Below, piece by piece: positions 12,832-26,474 of a stretch of 64,000 nucleotides of DNA. Position 1 is the first letter of the stretch; each line of letters opens with the position of its first letter. The notes under the pieces were generated by a model. The model did no database searches, was not told the DNA's origin, and saw only the letters and a program-made list of their open reading frames with translations. Source of the DNA: Neodothiora populina (lineage: Eukaryota); contig NW_027191410.1 in the NCBI RefSeq assembly GCF_041146345.1, forward strand, positions 434,001 to 498,000, given 5' to 3'. Both the position numbers and the translations under genes were made by a program.

Positions 12832-15800
12832 CTATGTCCTACCCGGTGTCTCATCCCCATGCGCCACCTCCGACTGACCGAAAACCATCTCTCCCACCTC
12901 GGCAGGACTACCTTCGCCAATGACTTTCCCATTACCAAGAGCGAGACAGTATTCGGCGTCTCGGACAGCAGAAGGTCTATGAGCGATAGTGATGACCGTG
13001 CTGCCCTTCATTTCCTCCCTCAGCACTCTCTGGATCTTCCATGCTGTGTCCATGTCTATACTGGCGGTCGCCTCGTCCATGATCACAATGGCGCTTCGGC
13101 GCAGGATCGCGCGCGCAAGTCCGACGAGTTGGCGCTGGCCTTGACTTAGGTTCTTGCCGCCCGTGTCGATCTGCGTGTCAAGTGTCCATTGGTATGACGG
13201 ACATACTCTGGCGATGACGGCTTCGCAGGCTTCGTCGGAGTGTTCTTCTGTCGGGTCGAGGTTGTGGCGGAGAGAGCCGGGGAACAGAACTGGGTCTTGA
13301 GCGAGGAAGGTGATGCGCGTGCGAAGAGCTTGTTTGTCGGCTTTGGAAATGTCTATGCCGCCGATGAGGATCCGGCCTGACTCGGGCGTGATGGTGGCCA
13401 GGAGAGCTAATGCGAGTGTACTCTTGCCTGATCCGGTTCGTCCGATCACAGCGGTGTTGGTACCACCTTTGAGCTGGAATGATATTCCTGATAATGCAGG
13501 TTCGAGGTGGGGTGCGTAGCGTATGGTGACATCTTCGAAGATGATGTCACTTTCGTAAGATGGCCACCATGCTGGCGGATCTATGCTACCTTTCGGTTCC
13601 TGCTCGAGATGAAGCAACTCGACTACTCTCTCCACAGACACGAAATCCAGCTGCAATTGGCCATACTGCTTACAGATTTCGTGTGTCGCACGCACAAAAC
13701 TACTTGCCGATACCAACACAAAGGCGGTCAGCCCAGAGGTCAGCCCAGAGTAGATCGCTAAGATTGTCAAGATGAAGGTAGAACAGCCCGAGAGAATGTC
13801 AAAGCGGTACATCAACCAGCTCTGCAGACTCCAGTAGAAATGATCCATCTTCTGGAAGTTGTCAGTCACGGCAATCACGCGATCTTGGAATTGAGATTGG
13901 GCGCAAAATGCTGTGAGCAGGGTTAGCGATAGTGCCTCCGATTTATTGGATACCAACATACCTCTGACGGTTGTAAGACCATCCAAAAGCGCACCGAAGT
14001 TTGACATGAGAGGGCTCAAAGATACCATCTGCAGTTTTGTCAGCTTATTGTTTTCTGTGAACTTAATTCATGAATAAAGATGCGTACCTCAAGCCTGCGC
14101 AAGCTTTGAGATGTAGGGAGAAAGCGCAAGAAAACAAATACGAATGCAATGGTCAGAGCCATGGAAAAAATGAGAAATATCGGAGTGATGCTTGCAATGA
14201 CAACAACAGCAGACACCCAAGCAATAGATTGCCACACAACATTCAAGAACTTATCCGAGATGTTGCCATCGATTGTGCCGACATCAGAAGTCAATCTGTT
14301 CATAAGACGTCCGACTGGGGTGACATCGTAGTAGCGGAAAGTTGTATAGCTGACACGTTTCATGATGTCTCTGAACATCTGGCGCCCTGCCGAGTATATG
14401 ACTACCAGCATAAAACTTTGGAGGACGAGGAAGCCGGTCGCCTGCGCAATGGCGATGAGAAGATACCCGATGAGCCAGGGCTTGACGTTATCCGATGGGT
14501 TCGGGAAGCGGCTGAAGAATCCAGATACCGGACTCGACTGCATATGTAGTTGAGCGGAAAGGCGTTGGGCTACGAATGCATTCACTCCAGCTTCGTTATA
14601 TGCCTCGCCCCACTCCTTGAGAAACCAGGATTCCAGCACACGGACTAGACGACAGAACGCAGCGCCTAAAATCACAAATGCCCACCACTTTAGCTTGCCG
14701 GCTTTGACATATTGCCAATATACTTTGAATTGCACACCCCCATGCTTGCGGTGTTCATCTTCCGTGAACTTGTCAGGAACTGCGGCTGCTTCTTGGGCTT
14801 CGTCCGAGGATCCATCTACCAGGGTACCACCGTCGGAGCCAGCTTGAGGGATGTTCGACCCGTCAGTCATTTCATCGTCATCTACGACGCGTGCCGTGCC
14901 ATTCACGATTTCGATGGCGTGCTCAGCTATACCCCGGCATAGATCAGTCCTGTGGGTTACGAGAATGACAACGCGGTCTTTCGTTAGATCTCCGGCGAGA
15001 CATTTGGATACAATCGCTTCTGCAGTCTGCTGATCTAGCGCACTTAATGGATCATCGAGCATCAAGATATTTGCTCTGCTGTAGACTGCTCGTGCAAGAG
15101 CTACTCTGGCTTTCTGACCACCTGAAAGTCCGATGCCGTTCTCGCCGATCGGCGAGAGATCACCATGCTGGAAATTCGCGAAATCGGAAACGAGAGCACA
15201 AGCGTCCAGAGTCTGTTTGTAACGAACCTCGTCGTATGGCGAGCCGAACAAAATGTTGTCACGTATGCTCATGCTCTGCAACCAGGGACTTTGTGCGCAG
15301 TATGCAACCGGGGTTTTCGGTTTATGAAGTTGCCCACCGCGGAGGTCAAGTTCCCCCAGAAGAGCTTGTAATAAGGCAGTCTTCCCAGACGCCACTGGAC
15401 CCGATATCACGGTCAAACCAGTCGGAAAGGACAGTGTAACATTGCGCAGGACATTGCGAGATAGTCCTGGCCATGCGAAAGACGCGTCCTTGACTTCTAG
15501 CGCTTGCTCTATTCCTGAGGGTTCCCCTTCAATATCCAGATGTGCCCGATCCGGCTCAGCCATGAAGTCCTCGATACGCCCAACAGCAACATTTGCATTC
15601 AGCAATACAGTGATCAAGCCGGGTATATCTCGCAGATTCCCTTGCAGTAGAATGAACAGCTGTAGGGCGGGAAAGGCTACCGAAACTCTTAATTGATGGC
15701 CTGCAAGTGCGGTATATGCCCAAAACGAGGCAACAGGCAGAATGCCACTACCGAGCATATTGAAGAATATGATAGCGAGGTCCCAGATGTTTGTCAGCAC

Positions 15801-17399
15801 CTTGAGCTTCAACTCCTTTTGACGTGCGCCCATAATTCTGTTAAACCATGTAGGATGCCATCCATACCATCGCAGGTGTCTGATGGCTTCGACATATTGG
15901 GAAATCTGCTGTAGCTTTACATCTGTAGCTGCTCGACGCGCCTTTTCGTTCTTTATAAGTTGCCGCACGAGTAAGGCATTGATACACTGAGCGATGATAA
16001 CAACACTGATGCCAATGAGACATGGCCAGCCTATCAATCTCCAAACCAGGATGACCGATAGTAGAAGGCCGAGCGGTTTGTTGATAATTGACTGGAACTC
16101 CCAGAATCGCTGGGCGACTTCGTAAACATCACCACGCATCAGGTTCAGAATCTTTCCCATTGATGCGGGCTCCTTTTTAGGCGCGTCTTGCTTTCCCATC
16201 TTGAATGGCACCAAGGCTCGAATTTTTGCAGCAACTCTTGACGTGAGCTTCCCATGCCCGCTGCTCTTCTTGATACTACCATTCAGTAATGCACTATCCT
16301 CGCCAGATTCGTCTTCGATTGGATCTTCTTGATCTGGACATGCTGATTGCCCATTCCGCATGGCTGCATCGTCGGACGTGCTGATTCCTTCGTTGTTCAC
16401 ACTGCCGATGATTTTTCTATTCAATGTCTTTTCAAAAAGCATGGTAATCATCTCGCCTCTTGAACGCTCGTAGCACCGCCTTCCGAACCAGAGACTGAAT
16501 ACAGCGCTTTGGGCAGCGACAAGCCTTAGAGTCAATATCAATACTGCGAACGTGATGGCAGGTCTCCTGTTAAGATCGATCCGGTCCATTGCTTCCAAGA
16601 GATTTTGCAATAGAACAGGAGTTGAATAGTTTGCAACGAGTTCTACAATTGCTAAGATTGCAAGGATCGCAAGATCAATCCAATTGGCGCGAAGCAGCCG
16701 TATCACCACTGTGCCTTTCAGATCCTTGAAGGCGTCATGTAGATGACGATGTTGGAATTCATAGCCAAGCTGCCACACATCTTCATCGTGCAACTGTCTC
16801 TCAGTGCCAACACGAATGAGGGACGACATCCAGGACACGGTCATCCATTGCAACAGCGTCAAATTGTCTTCAGGCGAACGAAGATCGTGGCTCGGAGTTG
16901 TGAAGGGTCGACTTATATCTGCCTGTGACTGATCGGGCTGTCGTAACGGCATGTTGACCACAATTATACAGGCGAGGAACGACAAGATCGCATTGCTGAG
17001 AGCCAGCACATCGAGTGGCGACTGCTTGTACCATCGTGCAGGTGAACTCTGATCCCAATGAGATGCAAAGAATACAAGTTGCAGGGCGAAAATGATACTA
17101 TATGTAAGGAGAAGTGCTACAGATGCTGTCCGTGGGCGACGGAATGCAATACCCAATGCTGATAATGCCCACAAGATTGACGGTGCAATAGCCGGGAGAA
17201 CCTCTATCGAAGTCACAACTTGAATGGATAATCCGCCAGCGGATATTATCAACAAACAAATTGCCGCGTAAGGTAGCCGCTGAGTAACCTTGTAGTCGAC
17301 TTCGTTATCGTCGGTAGGTTCCTCGACAAAAGGGCGAAACCAGGTAGTCCGCCGAGGAGTGGTCCATGTGGCGATCCATGATGAGCCCTCGTCAGGCAT
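12832..17399 (-). CDS. ABC transporter, ABCC/MRP-like (TMD-NBD-TMD-NBD)
   Basis: Two NBDs: GPVASGKT / LSGGQKARVALARA / LMLDD and GRTGSGKS / LSQGQRQL / VIMDEATAS. Intron at 14029-14087 (GTACGC..CTGAC..CAG). The start is uncertain: ATG 17399 is used, but an extra upstream exon is possible. Confidence 0.93.
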
Positions 17400-18499
17400 A
17401 TCTCTGTGGTTTACCTTTACAATCACATAGCATGCAATTGCGAGGAGAGAGCTATGCTTACAGGGTCAAGTTCTGGCAGGCAACAGCAATAGTTCCACCT
17501 CCGCTGCTTATCGGACTGCTCGCGCGCATTAATTAAACTGACGTGCTTGATGATGCATCCGGGTGTCGGCCAGAAGCGAATCGATGTGGCGTCGAAGGAA
17601 GTCGGACACGAGTCATGCCAATGCAGAGTAAACGTGTATGCCTACTGTACAAAAATGGGGTATTTCAACACTGATAGCTTTTCCCTCATCAGATGTCTGT
17701 TCAAGATGAATGGAAGCACTGAAGCATCGCTAGTCTATTGGTCTTATGGATGTACCGGTATATGTTGCCATACCTAGTTATAGCACAAAGCAAGCGAATC
17801 TGCTGTCCCCCAGGTGCAAGTTTAACCTGTCTTACCTGGCGTGGGGTGACGCTCACCTCTATATTGTCTTTGGATACGATTTTTATATGACGGAAGATGT
17901 GCAAACTACTGTGGTCATTCTTCGTGACGCCGCTCATAGACATTGTGTTGCTTACTATCTTACTATGGGCAAATGGTTAGTTCCTCTTACCTATGTTTGC
18001 CATAGCCATAGGCGTCCTCTACTAGTCACCTAACAGGACGTACCATAGGTAGTTCGTCGTGAAGATCAGCATCAGGTTGGTTCAGCCCAAGCGGTAGATC
18101 TTTTCTGTATTCATGGTATCGTTCACAATCGCCCGCAACAATCGTTCGGGATCCTCGGTAGCTGTTAATCGTACATGGCCTGAACGCACGGTATGTCCCA
18201 TATCCCAGAAGAGACGCGTCGCAATAGACGAGCACTCTCTCATAATACTTGCGGTTTCGAGTACCCTCTTTCTCAAACCAATAACAGACCCACAATTGAA
18301 ATCATCGCTATCATCCGCATTACCGTTGACTTACAGAAGCCGGGGGGGTTAGAATGGTCTACAATCCCAGCCAAAACACAGGGTTGCCCTATAGACGGTC
18401 CTATTAATCGACTTCGAGTCTCATAACTCCTGATACTGGTATCCAATCACATTATAAAAAGTATATATACTTGACAAACGGGAATGTCGATATCAGCAA

Positions 18500-18594
18500 G
18501 GCCGCGTGGCCCAATGGCAAGGCGCTTGACTACGATTCAATCTATTCGATTGAGCGGTATCAAGAGATTCCAGGTTCGACCCCTGGCGCGGTCA
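18500..18594 (+). tRNA. tRNA-Arg(ACG) with a 23-nt intron (18536-18558)
   Basis: Acceptor stem GGCCGCG/CGCGGTC, D-arm TGGCCCAATGG, anticodon arm CTTGA-CT-ACG-A[intron]A-TCAAG, T-arm CCAGG-TTCGACC-CCTGG, and an oligo-T terminator just downstream. Confidence 0.95.
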
Positions 18595-19002
18595 ATTTTT
18601 CGCGGAACCACACCACGATCCACACAAAAAATGACGCTCGGTATATGTGGGTCCAGAAGGCTCAAATTTTGCTTGCAGCTGATCAATAGAGTTTTTTTTG
18701 GGTCTGACCCTTCGCGGATTTGGGGCGCTTTCGCCGCTTGCCGAGAAAACTCCGGGTCAGCTCGACTCGAGGATGCTCCGATGGTGGAGGGACTGGTACA
18801 TATCCCGGGGATCGTATGAGCAGCTGCTGTGGTCCGAATATACCGTGTGAAATATATTCTGTGTTTGTAGGACGACTGATCATATTATTCCATGCCAACG
18901 GACGGCATTCTTTCGTGCAGCAGACATGCCTCCTTTACAGTCGAGCAAGTTGATGGTATAAGGGAGATTCGAATGTTGTACACAGAGTGAGCCACTTGCT
19001 GT

Positions 19003-20224
19003 TCAATACCATATACTTCTTGTTCGATGATGAGGAATCGCCGGTTCTCCAGCCTTCTCGTTTTCCTTTGCCAGATCATACAAGAAGAAGTCGATCAAAA
19101 TCGCATTGACTGTGGCCTCAGGGTGGTTTCTGAGTATCTCTTGTTTGATGAGCTCAACTGTCCAAATGCTACAGCCTCGTAATTGCGTTTCCCAGCTACT
19201 ACCGCTCTCGATAGGCTGTTGTGTTCGTATGGCTGAGTCTAGAGGTGGACTGTACGAAAGACATTGGAGCGAATGAAGCATTTGCGGAACTCGGTAATCA
19301 GCAAACATAGTAACACTGTCAATGTCGTTGAAGTGGCCATAGTCCTCGCCATTGAACGCAGCCCATATGTCGGCAACAAGTATCTGGGGTCGTTTCATGA
19401 TGTGTACAGTCTTACGCTCAAACTTGGCACAGTCATTGAAGCAGATGAAGTGATGAGCTAAAAGGTTGACTAGCTTGCCCGCACTGTTTTCGGAGGCTTT
19501 GATGAGTTCTGCCACGCTACCGTGGAAGTACTGGACTTGTCAGGCACGAGTATTGGAGTAGTTGTATGACACAGGACACCTACCTCTTCTAGTACAGCAC
19601 CTGCCTCTCTCATGCAAGCGATACGTTCTGTAAGGAGAGGAATTGGCTCTTCGGTAGAAGAGCGAAACACGGAGGCTATAACTTCATCTGGACATTCCTC
19701 ATCGTCTGTGTAGAAGGCAGGAGTGGTGATTGGGATGCCTGGATGGTGATGAGATGGTTCTCGACAATGATACATTGAGCTAGAGCCTCAAGTCAAGAGT
19801 CAGCCTTACCTTGATCGAGTGCACGTTGCAAACACGCCACAAGACTCCAATATCCAGTCCATCGCTTCTCGCGATACTCGACAGCGAATCGTTCATCTTC
19901 ACTTTTGTCGCTCCAGAAACTGAAGTTCAGCAAGTCCATGAGGAAGATGAAGTTCAATGTAGCTTCATCTTTTGCTTTGGGATGAAGTTCATGTTCGGAC
20001 CAAGTATGAGTGCTATACTGCCGTGACTGCATCTGGTCCCATATCATGACAGCAGCCTGCTTTGTACCTTGCATCCCCACAGCGACATCGACGCTGTTGT
20101 CGTATATGTATCTGGCATCCTGCAAGACTTTTGTGGCCGATGTGATTTCATCACTGGGAGCAGATATACCTAGCGATGCTCGAAGCAGGTTGAGCAATTC
20201 GGGGTCTGCTTCGTCGTCAGACAT
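19003..20224 (-). CDS. QNG1: Queuosine salvage protein / queuosine 5'-phosphate N-glycosylase (DUF2419, C9orf64 family)
   Basis: Exons 20224-19810, 19738-19584 and 19530-19003. Motifs DLLNFSFW, WTGYWSLVACL, KRPQILVADIW, TMFADYRVPQML, LRGCSI, AILIDFFLYD and C-terminal PHHRTRSIWY. Confidence 0.92.
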
Positions 20225-21106
20225 ATCTTGGATGCAGTACAGTACTTTGGTGTTGTAGTCCCTTGTGGTTGGCGGTTGGTGCAGCTGCAGCACGCAGCAC
20301 GAATCACAGTGGATGCGCAATCCAAGTCAGCCCGCGCCACAGGCGCTCGCCTGCTACGGCGAATAAGCTTTGCAGCTGCTATCTCCTATGCCCGATAACC
20401 TGGGCTCCAATCGGGTCAATGCAGGCTTGGCAGAGAGGAATCCTGTGGGACCAGACTTTGTAACTACTGGTTTGGGCAAGGCAAGGTGGTGCCTTGCTGT
20501 ACTCTGCGTGGATATACTACTGTGAACACAAAGTTGATGGACTTAGTGCCAAGTTGCTGTATGCACAGCGATTGATACTACGTGAACTGAACGATGAAGC
20601 TTTGACACGATAGTCCTACTCGTTCGCGAAAGAAAAGCCGGAGTGCGAGCCTTGAGCCGTACCTGTCTCAAAAGAAAGTACAGGTACACGGCGGTACCTG
20701 ACGCAGGCAGAAGGACGGCTACGCGGTAACCGAGCAAGCTTGGCACGTATCCCTCAGTCCAAAAAGTCCAAAAGATGCGTCAAGGCAAACTGCGGGGGCT
20801 CCCTTAGTCATGTTAGCCTCAAAGGCAATATACAGTAAAGTACCTTACAGGCCGGGCAGGGTCGTCGGCGTCATGTCATCGTTGCTCTTTGGCTCTTGTG
20901 GACGTGGGAGACTTTCTCAGGTCTGTATCGACACTGACGATTCGTAATAGGAGGGTGCAAGCGAATGTCTCCTTTACCATCCAACACCTTCATTGCCTTG
21001 TTGGCGACACCCGTCTCTCACTCTTTCCTTTGTTCGGTCTCGGTGCAGTGATTGTTGTCTTTTAGCCTTCTTGGATTCTATCATTACTGGCCAATCTTGC
21101 GCCATC

Positions 21107-23098
21107 ATGGCACGCGACAGATTCCTGAAGCAGTCGCTCGGCTCGCTGTACAGCTCAATCAAGCAGGTACGACCGTCTTCACAATCATCGCACAATTCAT
21201 TTCTCACCTCAATACTAATTTTGCCACAGTCGCGCATCCTTGTAGTCGGCGCGGGCGGCATTGGCTGCGAATTACTCAAGAACCTGGTCTGCACCGGTTA
21301 TGGTCACATCACCGTCGTTGATCTCGACACCATCGACCTCTCAAACCTCAATCGCCAATTCTTGTTCCGCCATTCTCACATCAAGAAATCAAAGGCTTTG
21401 GTCAGTGAAAGACAGAGGAACGGTCTTTTGACATTTGCTAACGCGATGAGGTAAAAGGTGGCAAAGGAGGCTGCTGGCAAGTTCAACCCCAACGTCAACA
21501 TCGAGGCGCATCATGCCAACATCAAAGACCCGCAATTCAATGTCGACTGGTTCAAATCATTCGGCATTGTCTTCAACGCGCTTGATAATCTAGAAGCACG
21601 TCGACATGTCAACAAGATGTGTTTGGCTGCTGATGTCCCTCTTATCGAAAGCGGCACTACTGGATTCAATGGTCAGGTTCAACCCATTCGCAGGGGGCTG
21701 ACAGAGTGCTACGATTGTCAGCCGAAAGAGACACCGAAGAGCTTCCCAGTGTGCACTATCCGGAGCACTCCCAGTCAGCCCATTCACTGCATAGTCTGGG
21801 CCAAGAGTTATCTGTTCAACGAGCTCTTCGGAGTCAGCGAAGACCAGGCCGCAGACCTTGATCATTCGGAAGATTCCGAGAATGCGATAGAGATCGAGAA
21901 CTTGCGACAGGAAGCTCAAGCATTGCAGAAGATTCGTTCAGCGATGGGATCCGAGGACTTCCCGCGTCAGGTGTTCGACAAGGTTTATACCCAGGACGTC
22001 GAACGATTGAAGAGCATGGAAGATATGTGGAGAACACGCAAGGCGCCTACTGCTCTCAATTTCGACGAGCTATTACCACAGTCCGAGAGCGTCTCGCCAG
22101 ATATCGCGAATCAAGACCAAAGGACATGGACAATTGCCGAGAATGTAGCTGTTTTCAACTCGAGCCTTAACAGACTCAGTGCTCGTCACGAAGAGCTCAA
22201 GGCCACTACTGAATCCGATGACGCCTCACCAATACTGAGCTTCGACAAGGATGACAAGGACACCCTGGACTTTGTTGCTTCAGCAGCCAATCTCAGATCT
22301 GTCGTCTTTGGCATCGAGACCAAGTCCGAATTCGACATTAAGCAGATGGCTGGAAACATCATTCCGGCTATCGCAACCACCAATGCCAACACTGCAGCAC
22401 TTTGTGTATTGGAGGCCTTCAAGATCATGCAACAGAAACTGGAGAAAGCCAGTATGGTCTTCTTGACCAAATCCACGGATCGCATGATTGCAAGGGAGCC
22501 TTTGCAACCGCCAAAGCCCGACTGTCCCGTTTGTGGCAATGCGCAGGCAAGATTGGCGACCATCCCAGAAAAGACGACACTCGAGCAGATCGTTGAGCAA
22601 CTACTAAAGGCCAAGCTAGGCTACACTGATGAGCTAAGTATCAGCACTGATGTTGGTATCGTCTACGACCCCGATATGGAGGAGAACCTTCCCAAGACGC
22701 TGGCTGAGCTTGGCATCAAGAAAGACATTTTCATCACCGTTCGTGACGAGGAAGATGCGAACACAAAAGTCAATCTCGTCCTTGCCATCTCCGAGATGGA
22801 CGACAACACCTTCGAGGCGCCTTATTATCTCATCCCAGAGACCATCATCGTTCCGTTAAAGGCCAACGCTACCAATGGCACAGGACCAGCTACAAACGGC
22901 GACGTTGCCGCCGTCACCGCAGCTCCCGCCCCTGTTGCCACGAAAAAACGAACAGCGAGTGCTGCAGATCTCGAAGCAGAGCCTGCGACTAAGCGTGGGA
23001 AGCTCATCGAGAGTGCCGAGATTGACGGCGCTAATGGCAGCACAAAGGACAATGAGCCTATCGTGCTTGACGACGACGGTACCATTCTACTCGACTGA
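21107..23098 (+). CDS. UBA2: SUMO-activating enzyme E1 subunit Uba2
   Basis: Introns at 21167-21229 and 21401-21457. Motifs VVGAGGIGCELLKNL, DLDTIDLSNLNRQFLF, CYDC, catalytic PVCTIRSTPSQPIHC, MAGNIIPAIATTN and CPVC. Confidence 0.95.
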
Positions 23099-23269
23099 TG
23101 GAGCGGTCCACCAATGAACAGTAAAAGTTTTCACTTTTTCTCGCGATGAAGCATGGCGTTGGTGATTCCTCCGTGTGTATCTGGAGGATTCGGCGTCAGA
23201 AGAGCGGTGGAAGCTTCCTTCTCTAGCGTTTGAAATGGTTGTGATTGCCGCTCACGCCTCGCGATGCCT

Positions 23270-24706
23270 CTATACGGCACTCAGGCCACCATCCAGAGTG
23301 ATGACACAATTGTTGGCGTATGCATTGCTTGCCAAGAAGACTGCTGCCTCAGCTATCTCATCCACCGAACCGAACCTTCCGGCTGGAATTCTTGAGAGCG
23401 CTTCCCCGCGTGCTTTCGGCGCCATGGCTTTGATTGAGTTTGTCAGCGTATGCTCCGTTGGATGGCATAAAACAGATTGGCATATGACGGTGTTTTAGAA
23501 TCTAGATGGGACCGAGACAGGACTTAAGGGCTATAGGCACATGGGAATAATGGGACGTACAGGAGGCGGTAGTGGCTTGGCTGGAGAATGAGCACTTGGA
23601 GAAGATGGAAGGGTACGATAGCCGGGAACAGTGCTTTTGGTCTCGCGAATCCCTTCGGCCTGCATCATCACGGCCTGGCAGGTGCAGCACGCAGCCCACA
23701 CCCCCACCCCCGGCGAATGACACACCACATGTTAATATACTCCCGATTTGCCTACATGATCGCCCTCGCACTCGGCTCACCAAAGTGATTTGGGAAAGGC
23801 TCGAAAAGGAATGCAGCCAAACATAAGTAGAATCGAAAGACGAGAAATAGACATACCTTTAGTCATATCACTCTCGATATACCCGGGCAGAACAGCGTTG
23901 ACTCTGATGCCCGCGGCGCCCAACTCAGCAGCCAGACTCCTCGTCAGTCCCAGGACGCCGGCTTTACTAGCGGCATAAGCAGCCGAGCCCGCGCCACCGT
24001 GTGTGGCAAGTAACGAAGCGACGTTGATTATGACGCCCTTTGTGCTGACCGCGCCCGGCTGGGTCTGAGCCTCGTTGCTGTTGCTGTTACCACGAAATCG
24101 CAGCATCTGCTTGCCTACAATCTGACTCGCCCATAAGGTTCCCATTAGATTCGTTTGAATCACTGACTCGATCTGGGAGGCGCTGGTGCGGAGTAAGAGC
24201 GAGGAGTGGGTCACCCCGGCGCTGTTCACTAGTATCAGAGGGCCTGATTGTGTTTCTCCATTGGTGGAAGAAGACGACTGAGAAATGAGGTCCTTGAGGT
24301 TTAGCGAGGTCCAGAATTCTCGTGAGCTTATGTCTCCCATCTCGACAATGTGGCGTTGTTGTGACGTTGCAGACGAAGACCCGTCTCCAGAACTTTGGTT
24401 GGATGTATTGTTACATGCTTCGAGAGTGCGATTTAAAGCTGTCTGGTCCCGACCGATGAGAATGCAGTTTGAACCTTTTGAAGCAAATGCTGTGGCGATT
24501 GCGGCGCCTATTCCTCGGGATGCCCCTGTGATTATCGATGTTGTTCCTCCCAATGGAGGTCGTGTTAATGAAGATGCGGTGCTCAGCGCTCGATTTTGTT
24601 GCTGCTGCTGTTGCCCATGCTGAATCATGTAATAGAATGATGGTGATGGTCGAGCGGCATTCCTGTAGAACTGGTGCCGGAGTGGAGTCGAAAGTCGAGT
24701 CGCCAT
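23270..24706 (-). CDS. Short-chain dehydrogenase, 3-oxoacyl-[ACP] reductase-like (mitochondrial FAS OAR1/CBR4-like) with a presequence-like N-terminus
   Basis: TGASRGIG, VNSAGV, YAASK and IRVNAVLPGYIESDMT. The last exon, 23427-23270, encodes IPAGRFGSVDEIAEAAVFL...LDGGLSAV*. A 429-nt intron lies at 23428-23856. The N-terminus is Arg/Ser-rich. Confidence 0.88.
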
Positions 24707-25084
24707 CGTTCTTCTCTTCTCGTTTGCCTCGATCACGGCAATTATGAAGAAGCTTATAAGTTACTGATTGTGACAAATTCGATGACACCACGTTTCTTGT
24801 TTCATGTCTCTATATACTAATGATGATGGTATTGGAGCACACAACACGGTAAGGTATGTGATGATGAATGCCAAGAGTTTATTGGACATGTAGTACTTGG
24901 CAAAAACCCGCATCCACTCTTTCTTTCCCTCGACACGTCGTGCTTCAAGCTTCAGTAATTCTTTCTCTTTCCTCCTACACTGATAACCTAGAGAAATCGT
25001 CTAGACGGGTCTTTCATCAACTCCTGTCTCGTTCCGATCTTCTTGCAGATTCTTTCAGAAAAGTATTTTATAGACTTCATACCC

Positions 25085-25536
25085 ATGGCGGACACAGAAC
25101 AGCCTGCCAGACCAGAGTACGTGACTCTAGTGTCCAACGACGACTTTGAGTTCAAAATCGAGCGTTCGGCGGCTCTGATTTCTCCCGCCATTGCTCGCAT
25201 GCTGAACCCACAGAGTGCGTGTCTCTTCTCAATCTATCCCTGTCTCTCTGTTGGTCATGAAAACTTGCTGAACAACAAAAACAGATGGCTTCATGGAGTC
25301 CAAGACAAACGTCTGCGTCTTTGATAATATCAACGGCATGGTGCTGGAGAAGGTCTGCGAGTACTTTTACTATAACTCTAAGATGAGGGATGCAAAGGAT
25401 GTGCCTGAGATGGATATCCCGCCTGAGCTGTGTCTTGAGATACTCATGGCGGCTGATTATCTCAACGGTGAGTCTTTTCCTTTGGATTCGATGTGAAATT
25501 AATGAGGACTTGTGTGCTAATGTCTTGATAGTCTGA
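25085..25536 (+). CDS. ELC1: Elongin C (Skp1/BTB-like)
   Basis: Exons 25085-25214, 25285-25467 and 25532-25536. Motifs YVTLVSNDDFEF, ISPAIARML, LEKVCEYFYYN and IPPELCLEILMAADYL. Confidence 0.93.
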
Positions 25537-26474
25537 TTGGTTGACCGATCGAGTCCTTAACGAATACGAATATTGACGATTGAGGCTACATGCAATGATA
25601 AGAAGAGAAGAGGTTTGATATTTCAGCGACGGCGTTCTGGCATGCATGCTGGTCAATTGGCATAGCGGTCTGGTATACCCACGGAGAAGTAACAATAACG
25701 ATATACATGATCATCTCCTTACGCCTTTTCTCCTTTATCTGACAATCTAAGCTCCTCCACTTTATCTTTCACATTGCCCGAATCTCATCTTCCGGATCAC
25801 GAGCATATACGCCGAAATACCCTACACTCCTCCACGGTACGGCGTCTATAGTTGATCCAACAAAGACCTTCCTTTCTGATCTGGACTGTCGCCTCTCATT
25901 GCTTATATGGGGTGGCGGTCCTTGTTATCTGGAGACATATTCTTTCTCTTCTCTCTAGGTTTATCCTACTCGTCTTTGATATATAATATAGAAAAATGAC
26001 AATGTCTCTCCTAAGCTATTTGTTGAGGACTAGTAAACTCGGGCCGTAAATCATTATGGTTTCGCTCAATTGAGCGGCGGTTCTGTTCCTCTTGCCTTCG
26101 TATGGCCTTTTGCTTTCCTCAGGCTGCATGTATCATCGCATAAACCTCCTGGAAAGTAGATAGACCCCACAGGGGTATCAGCCTGTCCTATTGAAGGCAG
26201 CAGCATGGGGAAGCGGACAGCATTGCCAGCGGCGAGAACAAATGTGTCCACGTTCTGTTCTTCTCAGGCGCGGGGACTATGGTCGTCGACTCGCTTGAAG
26301 AGAAAATGAGGAACTCTCGGTTTGTGTCGGTGGAGAGGGTTGCCGGGGATTTCTTTCCTTGTGGTTCCTCTGCCGTGGAGGCTTCTTGCACCGCCGAGGC
26401 TTTCTCATCTATTGAGACTTTTGGTGGTCGGTTGGTCAGATCAGAGCGTCCTTTACAAGGAGGACAAGGCATGA

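Noticed and set aside
18500..20224. Functional link between the tRNA gene and the adjacent queuosine-salvage gene
   Set aside because: Queuosine occurs in GUN-anticodon tRNAs (Asp, Asn, His, Tyr). This tRNA is Arg(ACG), so the adjacency is probably incidental.
24815..24985. TGATGA motifs between the SDR and Elongin C genes as a C/D snoRNA
   Set aside because: No suitably placed D box, terminal stem or recognisable rRNA guide. The motifs are simple (TGA)n runs in a divergent promoter.
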